Position numbers and translations under genes: made by a program. A DNA stretch of 57,769 nt, counting the filler, from Catajapyx aquilonaris (lineage: Eukaryota): NCBI GenBank assembly GCA_000934665.2. It is 3 parts of 3 records of this genome, joined end to end, with 100 filler letters (N's around TTAATTAATTAA, not from the genome) between each part and the next. Parts side by side here need not be neighbours in the genome. Positions count along the whole stretch, not along the records: positions 1 to 19,169 come from JYFJ02006523.1; positions 19,270 to 38,556 come from JYFJ02006524.1; 1 more part is not named here. One strand, given 5' to 3'. Shown here piece after piece: positions 13,783 through 26,257 of the stretch. The notes below the pieces were generated by a model. It did not search any database. It was not told the DNA's origin and saw only the letters and a program-made list of their open reading frames with translations. The stretch's first letter is position 1, and the number at the start of each line of letters is the position of its first letter.

Positions 13783-16700
13783 GTAAGTACCTTTATCTAT
13801 ACTCAGCGAGGAAATGAGGTGCCAAAGGCTGGGAAATTTCGATCCAGAAAATCATCATCGGGTTGTCGCATCGTCATTTTCTGAGTCATCCTGTGTGATA
13901 AGGGTGAGAATTAAGGAGAGAATCGGAGGATCCATATGCATGGGAGGAGTGGAGGCTTCAATTTATTCATTTACATCCCTCCAGGATCCCTTTGCCAAGA
14001 GGAGGTTGTGATTAATTCATGAAGAGTTGGTTTATGCATCTGTAGCTCTAATTGCATCTGAGAGTCGGTGTGGAGAAGGGAGTTGAATTCAAAAATGTTT
14101 CGGAAACCGGTGACTTTGCCTGGGTTGGTGTATAAACACTCCAGATGTGAGGCATGGTAGTGCGACTACTTTGCATACGACGCAGGTTGCAGCCTCAAAG
14201 CAGGCGTTATGGAGAAACCGGCTTTGTCATGGAAATCAGGGAACGTACTGCAGGTGGAATTTTGTTTGCTGCTTCGTGTGTTTGGGGGCAATATCTAACT
14301 TGGAATCCCAGGGTGCAATCTGCGGGATTGATGCTGCAGCATCTGAAATATTTATAGCGCTACAGGTCCACTATAAGCGAGACAATATAACTTGATCAGG
14401 GATGCCCTTGAAACACGGCGGCGCAAATTCCCAGGCGGTGTCGCCTGTACCCTCCAAAATTGGTATCCATCAGGGACAATGTCACCCTTATCATCCTGTC
14501 ACAAGCAACCATACATGACGGCATCACGAGCCTCTTTTGTTCGGGTGCCTAAATATCCCGAAGGGGTTTAAACTCTGGGCATTGATTGCTCTAAAATTAC
14601 ACTCCTGAAAAGTTTAATCAATAACAACTGCTGGTAACATGCCAATAAGCAGAATCCGACATAGCTCAATAAACGATTACTATATCGTTCAGGTAGAAAA
14701 AGAAAGAAAGAAAGGCAGTCCTTGAAGAAAAGAAATAAATGATGCCAATTTTTTTGTGGCGCCTCCAGAACATTGGAAGACTATTTCTCAAGGCTTTTGA
14801 TACTGCAGGGAAGAAAATGTAAGCTTCGGTACAGCATCTGACATTCTTGATCCCAGCTCGGGGCGTAAGTGGGACTCATTCCTTTTCCTCAGCTGACTTC
14901 CGATTTTGTACTCCTCTTTATTTCCTTTTGAGGCGCGAATAGGACAGGACAAGAAAAAGACCGCGCCCCCATGGTGAATCTCTCCATCAGTATCGATCAG
15001 GTTCAACCACCCACCCAACCAAAAAGGTAAAAAAAAAGGACCCACCGCCCATAGTCTCGGTGGCCTATCAGTCGGCACAATTGGTAAATGTCAAAAGATC
15101 TATGTTGTTAAGAAATCGTTCAAGAATTTCTTTGTGATTGTAGGTCAGTGTTAGGAATTCTTGGTATAGTGACAATCTATTTTTGGGAAGTTTTTTTTCT
15201 GAGATAGATGTTACACAATAGGCTCTAAATTTTTCCAGTACCATTAGAGTGCTATAGTATTGTTGTGTCAATAGTGCTGGGTTTTTGATGAAAATGGGAG
15301 TGAGAAAAAATATTGATCATGCAAATGAAATAGTGCGGACACTGTACACGTACAGGATATTTTAAATGAAGAGTGCACCATTCATATTACATTATATGGT
15401 AAGAATTCCGTGCTATTCAAAAATATCGGTAATTTTGAAATTGATTTTCAACTGGATTTATGATCGTGGATGCACGTCTGCTGAGGTTAGATGTTTTCGT
15501 TCAAAAATCTTCACCATTTGTCAGGATAGTGACATCCTCGCGTGGGTTGGGATGTCATCCACACCGATTCACCCATTTCTCTCTGGCACTTTTGGTGTAT
15601 TCAACAAAAAATAATTCCGGCCTCCATTTTGGATCCGGGGTTAATGGGTCGTGAAGGAAGTTCCAAATAAAGTGCAACGGGTGAGAAAATTGATGTTCCT
15701 TGTGTCCAGCGAGACGGAAAGGTATTGCCAGAAGCAAGTTTCAAGACGGCGAAGTATTAAGTGGGGCATTTTGGAATTTTGCGGAAGCCTCAAGCTAAGA
15801 TATGACCATAACAGAGGGTGCAATGGGCAGTTTGGAATTACGCTGTTGTAGTACACAGGGAATGGTCAGTGAAATTGGCAGTATTACGTTTGTAAATCTG
15901 TGCAGTAATAATTGGTAAAAATTGGGGTTAGAGAGAATGTGACGTGTACATTAGAAACTTCATCGAATGTGACATTTGTGCCATGTAACTTACAATATTT
16001 ACGGTCTTAAAATTTTGTTTTGACTTTCCGGATTTCTGCGACGCCATTAATCCTGAAATATCAGAATTTTACTGCGAAAGTAATGCCTTGAGAAGCGAGT
16101 TTTAAAACATCCTCGGGAAGAAAAATCAATATGTACTTCCACATAATTCGAAGTAACTGCCACTTGTCTTAATGTTCGTAGAGGGTCATAAATTGCCAAC
16201 GGGAGGCTGATATGAAAGGGAGCGGAATTTCGCCATTTGAATTCCTGGGAGCCCTCTGCTCTGCGGAATTTTCCTCCGGGCTACCGACATTATTCTTGGC
16301 CTTAATTACTGCATTAAAGGTGGTAACTACTGCACTTTGAAGAGACGTACAAGCCCATGCTATACCCTATGCTCCTGGTACAGAGTTTTGGCTATACATA
16401 CGCATATTGTTAAAAATTTCGATTGCAAAGGTCAACTATTTTCAGGTTATTAAGTTGGAAATGGTGACCTTGAGTTTCTTCCGGAGTGTGACGTCATTTC
16501 ATTTGCAAAGCAGATCCCATCCTCCCACGTACCTATAAGATTCAATTACCTGTCAGAGGTGGAAAAGGAGACGGAGTTTGAAATTCTGCGATGCCTGTTT
16601 CTGATCAATCATGAAAATAAGTTAGTTTCTGGCAGAGAAAAGCGCTTTGTGATTCGTGCATGACATTTCCGTTTGATTTTCAAGCCGATTTTGACACTTC

Positions 16701-19169
16701 AAAGTTTGACAGTGTTTGATCCCGGCTGCGCTAAAGGAGTGGGCTGTCCCAACATTAATTTAGTTATTCAAATTCAATCGGTGCAGCTCTGTTTAACATA
16801 TGAATTATACTGGGACGCATTTTTTTTTTAAATGTCATATAGGTAATGCTCTTGTTGGAAACCTTTGCGACTTGGGAATTTCAAGTTAGCTTACGCCAGA
16901 TTATGTTTCGAACGCACGACCCTTAATTGAATTAGCTCAGCTTTCAGCCATTTTGAGTTGCGCAGTATTCTAAAAATAATTCATTTGACGGCGTATTTAG
17001 TTTCTTCATCTATTGTGCTTGCCTATGGCTTCAGCACGTTGTTGATACAGTTCCCGGACGCCATTATCAACTTATTATTGTCCATATTCCCCCATTTGCA
17101 TGGCACACACGCAGGTAAAATGGAAGGGCCGAACCCGAAAACAAACGCAATTACAAAGCGTCATTGCGTAATAGATTAAAAGCGGTTGTTGACGTGCGCG
17201 CCTGTTAAAAAAATTTTCCTCCATCGCCCGGTACATGACGTCCAATAATTCACACAATTAAATTCGACCCGTGTCACAGGCAATGCGGACATTCACATCG
17301 AAATCCATACAAACGGTGTCGCACTTCCTAATGCTTAAAATTCCATTTTGCCACTGGCCGCGTCGTGCTAATCGTTGTTTGTCACATATTGTATTACCCC
17401 ATGGGGGCCTTACTTTTCCTGCCGTGCATGAAAACTGCGGAATCAAACGCCTGGCTATAACATGCTCAAATTGCGACGACCCTAAAAAAGAATTGAATCC
17501 GGACCCAATGCACTTTGCCTTGGAATTGGCGTCCAAAATGAGATTTACCATTGGTTAGGTTGGGGAGAGGGTTCAAAAATGTACGAGCGGAAAATGAGGA
17601 GGGGGTGGTTACAAATTCCGGGTTGGTTCTTCCGGATCGAAGTGTGTTTTCCCCATTAGGTGTTCTATAGGGTGGTGGGGGGGGTTTCCCTCAGGATCAG
17701 ATAGGGGAGAGGAGGGGAGATCCGGGAGAGCTAGAGAAAAAAAAGGCAGCTTACATTCGGGCCAAGCTATCCTGAGAGGGTTTCTCTCCTTTTTTTTTTT
17801 TCGTTTTCTTGAGGGGGTATGGGGAGCAAAGACAAACGCTAGCCTTGGGAGCTGTTGGGAAAGGAGCTGCTTCCTTATACCTTACTCATGGACGTCGGCC
17901 GCTTTTTTCACGCTCTTTTTCCTCCCGCTTCCACCTTCTTAATAAATTAAAACCAGGGGGCCCGAGGTAGAAATAACCACGTTCTCTCCGCAGGTTTTTG
18001 CTTCCTGAGAAGTCATGCGATATTGCACTTTTTATTTGAGCCTTACTTTTTAAACATCGCGGTGAAGTGTGGCTAACTGGTATGTAGCGACTCGGTGGTC
18101 AAATATTTATCTCGAATATATTGTTTGCTGAGGCTATAGGAAATGTGCACCCGGGTTATCTGAAATGGCGATGCGGGTACCCCAGCTTTCGGAATCGGAT
18201 GTTCGTTCAAATACGGGCAGTTTGGGCCTGTGTATACTTGTTATCAGGGACGGATAGTAGCAAAGACGTGTGTGAAAATTATATGTACATGTACATTATA
18301 GCTTCAGCCTTTCTGGACTAGTAGTCAACTCCATTTCCTGCAGGTACCGAAGTCAACAATTTTTTTACTCTCAACACACGGATACCATTATTGTTCTAGC
18401 CAATTTGTTACAGTGAGCTGAAATTTTATTGGCCGCTTATGATGAGGGACATAGGTGCACAATCATTGTTTTAACAGCTGCGTGCCTTTTTAGGTGCTTG
18501 CTTTAGGAAACTGAGTTTGCTGCACTGTAAACAACAAAGCAAAAATAAACTTAATATCCCCATGGCGTTGTGCGGGGTTATATTAGCTTTACTGCTCATA
18601 AACTGTTTTGAAGTTCATATACTGTAAGGCCGTAATTTTGTAAGTGTGGCATTTGAAGGGCACACAGATATATCATTCTATGCTGCAGCTTTTGTAGCCG
18701 ACATAGTTTCTTAACATTGTCATTATAACATGTAACTTTGCCCGTGCGTCATATGCCGTAATAACAGCAGCAGGTAATCTAATATTCTAGTACTTGACTA
18801 CCGAATAAAGAGTAATTAATGAGAGTGTCCAGGCCACGTCAACGCCTGACGTTATAGCACTAACTTTTAAGTAGTGCTCGACTTTAAATTTTTTTAAACA
18901 AATAAAATCACTGAACTGTAATTTTTGCTAGTACAGTAACTCGTGAATTTTAGACTGTCTTCAGCATTTCAATACACCTCAATTTTATGGGTCTTGGAAA
19001 GTTCGAAAGCAGCTTTGAACTCGTATTATTAATGCACTCCTTTCCAGGATGTAGTCATAAAAATAGGACGGGCTTCTGGAAAGAATGGAATGAATTATCG
19101 CTGTCGTCTTTTTTGGATTTGGAGCGGAAAATGAAGAAAAAGAATGTGGGAAAGGAAGAGCGGTTAAAA

Positions 19170-19269
19170 NNNNNNNNNNNNNNNNNNNNNNNNNNNNNNN
19201 NNNNNNNNNNNNNTTAATTAATTAANNNNNNNNNNNNNNNNNNNNNNNNNNNNNNNNNNNNNNNNNNNN
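19170..19269. other. Synthetic contig linker (44 N + TTAATTAATTAA + 44 N)
   Basis: Exactly 100 nt; the 12-mer puts stops in all six frames; identical to the second linker. Confidence 0.95.
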
Positions 19270-21883
19270 GTTAGGTCGTAAACACCCTGTATGTCTTCCA
19301 ATAGACATGCGGCCTTTGTTGCTATAGTTTGGCCTTTCCCTTGGAGACAACCAAAATAATAATAATTATTATTATTATATTACTGACGGACCATAGGGTA
19401 GGACCCCTTGCTATCAGGAATTCAGCATTTGTAGTGTGGTTTATTCATTTTTCAGTAAGATTTGCAGCCTTGGCGTTCCCTGTAAAGAGTAAAATACATA
19501 TAACTTAGATGCATTATGTATATCAAACTGGTATATAATTTTCGCATAGAATGACTTACTGTACCTAGCTCCATCAGCTCCGCTGCTTCATTTCTGGGAA
19601 ATAACGACTCGCAATAACATTAAGAATAGTATGCCTTGCTGCTATTTTCTACACAGTCAATGCATACCTCACTTTGCGGTATATATACTTACAGCTCGAA
19701 TGGATCTCGCGTATAGTGTGTTCCCAGCAGCATTGGGATCTTTTCACGTACGTTAGTTAGAAAAATTTCTCCCTATAAGCTGTTAAAGTTTGTCGAGGTT
19801 CCCAATATTATATAGTAGCAGATCTGATTTATTCGACCACAACACTGGGAATAGCACATCTGCTGCTGGTTGTGCGGATCAGGTGTATCGATATATGCTG
19901 GAGATAAGAGTGCTGTTCGCAGGTCGAGGTAGGTCGAGGTCCAGGTTCCTCTGTTTGTGCGTGTTTGATGGTTGGGGGATCGTCGACGCACGTTTACTTC
20001 TTGCGGCAAAGGAGCCATCATCTGCCGTATACAAACCAAGAGTTCTTTCTCCATCTCTTTGCAGACTCTTCCTTCGCACTAATGCAGCTTAGGGTTTTGC
20101 TTAAACTGCATCGCCTTAGTGGTCACATATTCACAATAGGCGTCATTATTTTGCCATGCTAATCAACCTTCTGCGGAGAGACCAGACATACGAAATATAC
20201 GCATATACCAAGCGGGATGAAAATACAGGAATGAAGAAAAAAAATGAACCATACCCCTCATTGCATATAGTGTAAGAAATGCAATGCAATACAGTGCAAT
20301 CCACACATACTCTTCTATACAAACTACGTATGTTGGTCAGCAGTGGTCTAGAAGCTTCAAGAATGACTTCTGTGTATTGCCATGAGATTTATGACACAGA
20401 TATCCTGTAACAGTGACTATAACTCTGCAATTATTTCCAAAGCGGATTATATTGTTGGCCTCGACGTATATATAGTTATAACTCATTGTCGTGATGCGTC
20501 CTATTTAGTTGTCGGATCCGAGTGTGTGAGACTTCATTATCCTATATTACACGCCACAGCGCAGCGCAATATTACTTCGTGCAATGCAAAAGCCCGTTGC
20601 TTGCCTATATGCTGGCCGATTGAAAGAGATGTTTCAAGATCAACACGTCTTCTATTCTGCTGAAATAATAATATATATATATATATATATATTGCTGAAA
20701 ATGCTGTTGCCGCAAGAGTCCCTCGTGCTGATGATTGATGCTGAGAGGCATTCCATTGATCAGTGTCATCTCTCTCTGCCCAGACAATAATTGACGCAGA
20801 CATTTATTGTTTATTCGGGCTGGAGCATTATGTGGTCGCGTTTGGTCTGGTTTGTTTGCATTAATTCCTAGCCCTAGTCACAGTGTGCGATTGAACACGA
20901 CAGCTGTAGAAATTCTGCTATTTATGAAACGGGGTTGGTCAAGAGGAGCTAGAGCATTATAGTGTATAGTGATGGCTTGCGTATAGCTAAGGCAGCAGTC
21001 TTCTTCCTCTTTGGGAAGCTATGTTTCGGATCCGTGAGACGACCACTCCTCGTGAAAGTTTTCCAGTCCGATTTTGATGTACTATATAGACTCTGGGTAA
21101 TTGTCGTCCTCCTGTAATATACTGCAGGGACCACAGCTGTAGGCTAATGGAAGCTGCTGGTGTCGTGGTAATAAATAATATTCATAGCTATACATTGAAT
21201 GAATAATACAATTTTACAACCTATAATAATCACCATTCTCGATGGTTTTATTCACACTGCATCAGCCTCGTTTCATTATCCGAAATACGACAAGACTATA
21301 GAACTGGTTGATATGCGCATAATTAGTATACAGTATTACAACCAGTTTGCTCAATTTCATTCTCTGCCTATATACGAACACGACTGCAACATTCGCTAGA
21401 AATGAACATGGCGCGTTTTCTTTGAGATGAAGAATGTATTTTGCTGAACTTTATTGGACGCTTGACGATGTACGTACGTATAACAACAACAACCCTGCTG
21501 ATGAGGGGTCATGATTCCTCAGTATCTTCGGAGTAGTAACGGGAGTTATATATCTTGCATGATGGTCTGTTTGGTTGCAACGTCCAATGATTGGCGTCTC
21601 AAGTATACTAATAATGCATTTGCAAGCATTCCCACGCAGCCCCTTGCTGCACGTGACCATCATATAGGCCTTAAAAGTTGCAAGGGTCATCCGTGAATTT
21701 TATTTTCCTCCGTCAGTCAGTTCACCATAATATGGTCATCTCCAGAATCATAATCATTATTGACATATTGCACATAATAATTATTATCGGATGGACCGCC
21801 ATTGACGAATGTGTCTTTCGTATATTCAGTGCTAATATGATGTTGGAGTTGCGACGGATTTCCGTCCTTATCGTCTGTCCATT

Positions 21884-22020
21884 ATCCCCATTATCTGCGA
21901 GTACCCACCAGGCTTAAGATATTTTTTTTTTGTATACGTATTTGGTCATACGAGGATATTAAGGACCTCCTCCTTAATATTCGCTGGCAACCCCATATCT
22001 GTTTGGGAAACGCCGTGAAT

Positions 22021-22104
<84 letters not shown>
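21884..22104 (+). mobile_element. 3' end of an RTE-like retroposon with (ATG)n tail
   Basis: 14-bp target duplication ATCGTCTGTCCATT (21870-21883 and 22105-22118). Ends CAACCCC...TGGGAAACGCCGTGAAT(ATG)n, with an internal hairpin ATATTAAGGA/TCCTTAATAT. The RTE assignment is by resemblance only. Confidence 0.75.
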
Positions 22105-22106
<2 letters not shown>

Positions 22107-22807
22107 CGTCTGTCCATTCCCCACCACTCGATCAGTCTGCCATCATGGTCAGTTAATATATCGCTTTGCCGCACAAAGAGTATAGTAAGAATAGAGTGCA
22201 GTAGTTAGCACATTATTCAGGAATGACCACAGTGTCCCACAGCATCCCACTGGCGCGAAGGTATAGTCTGAAGGGAAGGTGCTGTGCACAGGAATGCAAG
22301 GCGCTGGATCCTTTAATCCTGGAAACACCTCCACAGGTGCCGTTTAATATTTTATTGCGTTGTCCAAAAATGCCGATAAGAATCTGATGGCAAATTTAAA
22401 AATATCAGCTAGGGTACTACCTTAAGTATACTCCTTCTCCCCACTGCAGTTAAGCATAATTATATAGAGCTTCAGGGCCCTGATGCTAAATTCCGATGTG
22501 CTAATATTGTAGTCAAACACTTCACCGCGGAATTATTTTATTGCGAATAAGTTTTTTTTCTTCAATGCGTCACGTAATGCAGAGCCAAATGAATAAATGG
22601 AAAAATTCGTAGCACCAGAAGAATTACTTGCCATGACATTTTGTGATAACGACATTGTCAGAATAATACGAATGACAAGACGTCTCTCAATATATAGCCT
22701 ATATAAGGTGTTGCAACTGACAGTCGAGTCACAGCAAGCTGAATAATGGGAAAATGGGAATGATAAGTGCCCCCGCACTATATATAAGTTAGTATGTACA
22801 CACTGTC

Positions 22808-23237
22808 TCTGCTTATTATATACGTATTGTTGTAACTGTAACTGTACCTTTCTGAATGAGACATAACGAGTGCTTCCCTCGTATTTCATATTTCATATTA
22901 TTTCATCGATGAGACATTCCCCGCATCTTCACAGTACGTACTTGGCTAAATACTCTCCTCGTGCATCAGCAGGTGTATCAGGTGCATCAGTCCGTTTGGC
23001 ATGATAATGGTAGACGTGTCCCCGATCGACATGTCGAAAAGTTACGGTTTCACCCTTCTCCTGCATCGAATTAAGGAAACTCGCGATCGGTAGGTCCTCC
23101 ATCTGCTGACCGTACAACTCCACGGACTCTGCTATTATATACGTATTGTTGTTGCGGTTACAAGATAGGACGTACTGTACCTTTCTGAATGAGACATAAC
23201 GAGTGCTTTCCTCGTATTTCATATTTCATATTATTTT
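22808..23237. repeat. Local ~100-bp direct duplication (about 22808-22905 and 23128-23237)
   Basis: CTGTACCTTTCTGAATGAGACATAACGAGTGCTT...CTCGTATTTCATATTTCATATTATTT occurs twice. This explains the two MKYE.STRYVSFRKVQ ORFs. Confidence 0.85.
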
Positions 23238-25045
23238 ATAGTCTTTATAACACAGCAGAGAGCCACGCTTCTGCGATACATGAACGTGATGATTAATACT
23301 CTCATGTGACATACATTATGAAGCTTCTCATGCGTTCACTATGGCGCATTACACAGTTTCTGTGAATAGTGGCGGTATTTCCTTCAACGGCGTACCATTG
23401 GGATTCTGAAATATCAACCCGAGCCGACGGAAGGGCACTGGGCAATATTTTCGCCAAATGTGGTCCACTTGGCAATTTATTCCTTGTAACCCTGTACCAT
23501 ACGTATATACACTATATTTTTCACCACCATTTGCACCCAAAAAATTAGAGTGTACCAACCAAAGCGTATATAAGAATGACCTGCAGATGACCCAGCACAT
23601 CATCCTGGTGGAGGGAATGAAGCTATGCTGCCGACGGATGCCGTCAGCTGCTCGTCTCATCTTGGCTGGTGTTGTTGGCCATCATCGAGTCTTGGCATCA
23701 CTTCCCACTGGCCACTATCATGGCCAGATTCAGAGATAATAATAATAATAATATTACTGCTCGTGAACTGTTGGATTTATTTCACGGCGAAAAATCTAAA
23801 GGAAAAGAGACAGCACTCGAGTTTCCCAGTTTTTAGGAAAATCCTTATCCTTCCGAGTGGAAAAAAGTGGCCAGGTTTCTTAATTTTGAAAATCGGGAAT
23901 GCAGCCATGGTCTTCCTCTATTAATATATAGGCGATAAATAATATATACTTATGTGCGAGTCACGCGCAGGCCATCGACTTGGTGTCGGAATATGTGATT
24001 TCTGGAGGTGGTTGTCATAACATCCCGCGCAGGACTTCTGGTGCATGAAGGACCACTGGGATTTGTAAAGGGTGATGTAGCCAAGGTTCAGCCTATAACT
24101 ATTGTTGGTTCTACATAGTCGAGTATATAGCCTACTTCTTGCCAGCATCATCAGCAATGAAAATTTAATATACATATCCGTCGGATGATGAAGTGCACGG
24201 TCAGAAGATGTGCAACCGGGCCTGCATCGTGTCATTGCTGGGGCGTCCGGTTTGATACTTTCTCCAGAAAACGAGCGAGACCTTCAGCTGATATACTCGT
24301 ATATATACCTGCTTGGGTTCTGCTGACACTGCAACATCATCACGTAAAGTAATAATATTATTCCAACCACAGTTGTGCCTATAATATAATCGACAACAAA
24401 TAATAATTACTATATATGAGTGTGGAGGGGCTGCTGTGTCGGTGTGTGGTGATTTCACCTGCTTGGGCAACACACATCATGAAGAGCCAATGACGTGAAT
24501 GAAGTTCGACGTACTACGAGTATATTATAGTCTTTCATGCGACGTAACTCAACGGGTCGTCCTGCTGGACAAGCAGCAGCATTTCTCGCGAAAGGTATAT
24601 ATATATATGTAATTGAAGTGATGTGCTTGTCGGTCTGAAACCATTTTGCAATTTACCATTATCTCTTATTTCTCGATCGGGCTCGATCGGGCTTGTGCTT
24701 ATAACCTACAGTGCTGCGCCGATGAATGGCGATGAGGCCCGCATACATAATCTGGAAATATTTTGATATAATTACACTGGGCCTCGTAATTGGAGGTCAT
24801 GCGCACACAGCCTGCTGGACCAGGAAAAAAGTTGTTGCTGTTTCGAAATGTCCTGTAATAAGATACCGATAAAACACTGTTCCCATAAAGTTGTGGGGGT
24901 TCAGAATATAAATGTATAGGGAGTCAGAGCCATTCACTTAGGCTACGTGTATATATGTCGCGGGCTTTGCGTATTTTCAGTGCTGAGAAATATTGGTCAA
25001 AACCCCACCTGTCGTCAGATTAGATGCAAAGGACATGATGTAACA

Positions 25046-25182
25046 AGATGGGTGCAGCGACGTTTTCCTATTATATATAATAGGAAAACGTCGCTGCACC
25101 CATCTCTTGGGCCTCTCTCGCGTGTAATAATTATTATATATCTATAGATATATAATAATTATTACACGCGAGAGAGGCCCAA
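25046..25182. repeat. Two adjacent spacerless perfect palindromes (60 bp and 76 bp)
   Basis: 25046-25105 is centred on TATTATA|TATAATA; 25107-25182 is centred on TCTA|TAGA. Arms are exact reverse complements. Confidence 0.92.
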
Positions 25183-25781
25183 ATGCTCTGGGCCAGTATC
25201 GGTTCATTACTCATCTGGCTGTGTGTTCTCTCGTTGTGTTCATCTCGTTGTGTGTTCATTACGCTGACCAGCTTAAAAATGTTTTGCATAATATATTTTC
25301 TTATTTGTGTTTCCAATAACAGTCGAACAATCTCATTTTATAGTCACTTACGAGCGGAGCGAAAACAGCTCGCTTCGCTCGCTCTTTTCTAGGCCTGCGG
25401 CCTACAGTGCCCACCACATTTTCAAACTCTTCGGACTTATTGCCAGTGATGATGCCAATCATATCCACACCTCCCCCTCCCCCCCCCCCACCCTCATCCG
25501 TTCCTCCGTGCATTCACATATCCGTGATTCCCTATACCCACCTTTGCATTGGCTGGGAAATATGCATTGGCCCACCTCAACATACCCATACCTTTGCAAT
25601 TAAAAAAAAAACACACAATTTATTATTGTATGAACAAAAATTCACAACCTCTACCGCCTCTATTCGCATGCACTCGCACATGTATCTAAATCGCATATGC
25701 ACGCTTTCCGACCACGTTTTTCTAACTGCTCATAACTTCCCTTTACTAATAAACAGCCAATGGAACTTGGCAGTGTCTGTA

Positions 25782-26257
25782 GGCGTATTCGGCAATTCAG
25801 GAATCTGACTTCCTGGGCTGTTTGGATGTTCGGCAAATCAGGTGCCACGCCCCCTGAAGTAAGTGCGCATGCGCCCTACCTGACTTCCCAAGCTCAGGAA
25901 CTTAGTGTACTCCTGACCTGACTTACTTGCTGAGAAACAATTATTAACAAACAAATTATTGTTATGGATGCAGCAGTGTTGCCAACGCAAAATGCCCCAA
26001 AACCCCGCGGGAGGACCTGAAAATACCCGATTTTACCCGCATTTTCATTTTACCCGCACCATTACCCGCAAGCGTCCGAAATACGGCACCGAAATACCCT
26101 AACATTGGCATATCACTGGGATGCAGCACAGGCGGGTAGGCGGGTCTCTCAGTTCGGCCGTTCGGCAATAATCTTCTGAGGGGCAGGGCTAACAAGGGGC
26201 TAACAACTCAGATATCACGTGACGCATCTCAGAATAATCTGAATTGCCGAATACGCC
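25782..26257. mobile_element. Harbinger-like MITE containing a nested hAT-type MITE
   Basis: 19-bp TIR GGCGTATTCGGCAATTCAG ... CTGAATTGCCGAATACGCC. Confidence 0.75.
25974..26118. mobile_element. hAT-type MITE nested in 25782-26257
   Basis: CAGTGTTGCCAA ... TTGGCATATCACTG with exact 8-bp TSD GGATGCAG (25966-25973 and 26119-26126). Confidence 0.85.

Noticed and set aside
19214..19225. TTAATTAATTAA as a biological motif or piggyBac site
   Set aside because: Centred in N runs of fixed length in both gaps; an assembly spacer.
21891..22185. Poly-Met, poly-Ile and poly-Ser ORFs
   Set aside because: Frames of the (ATG)n tail.
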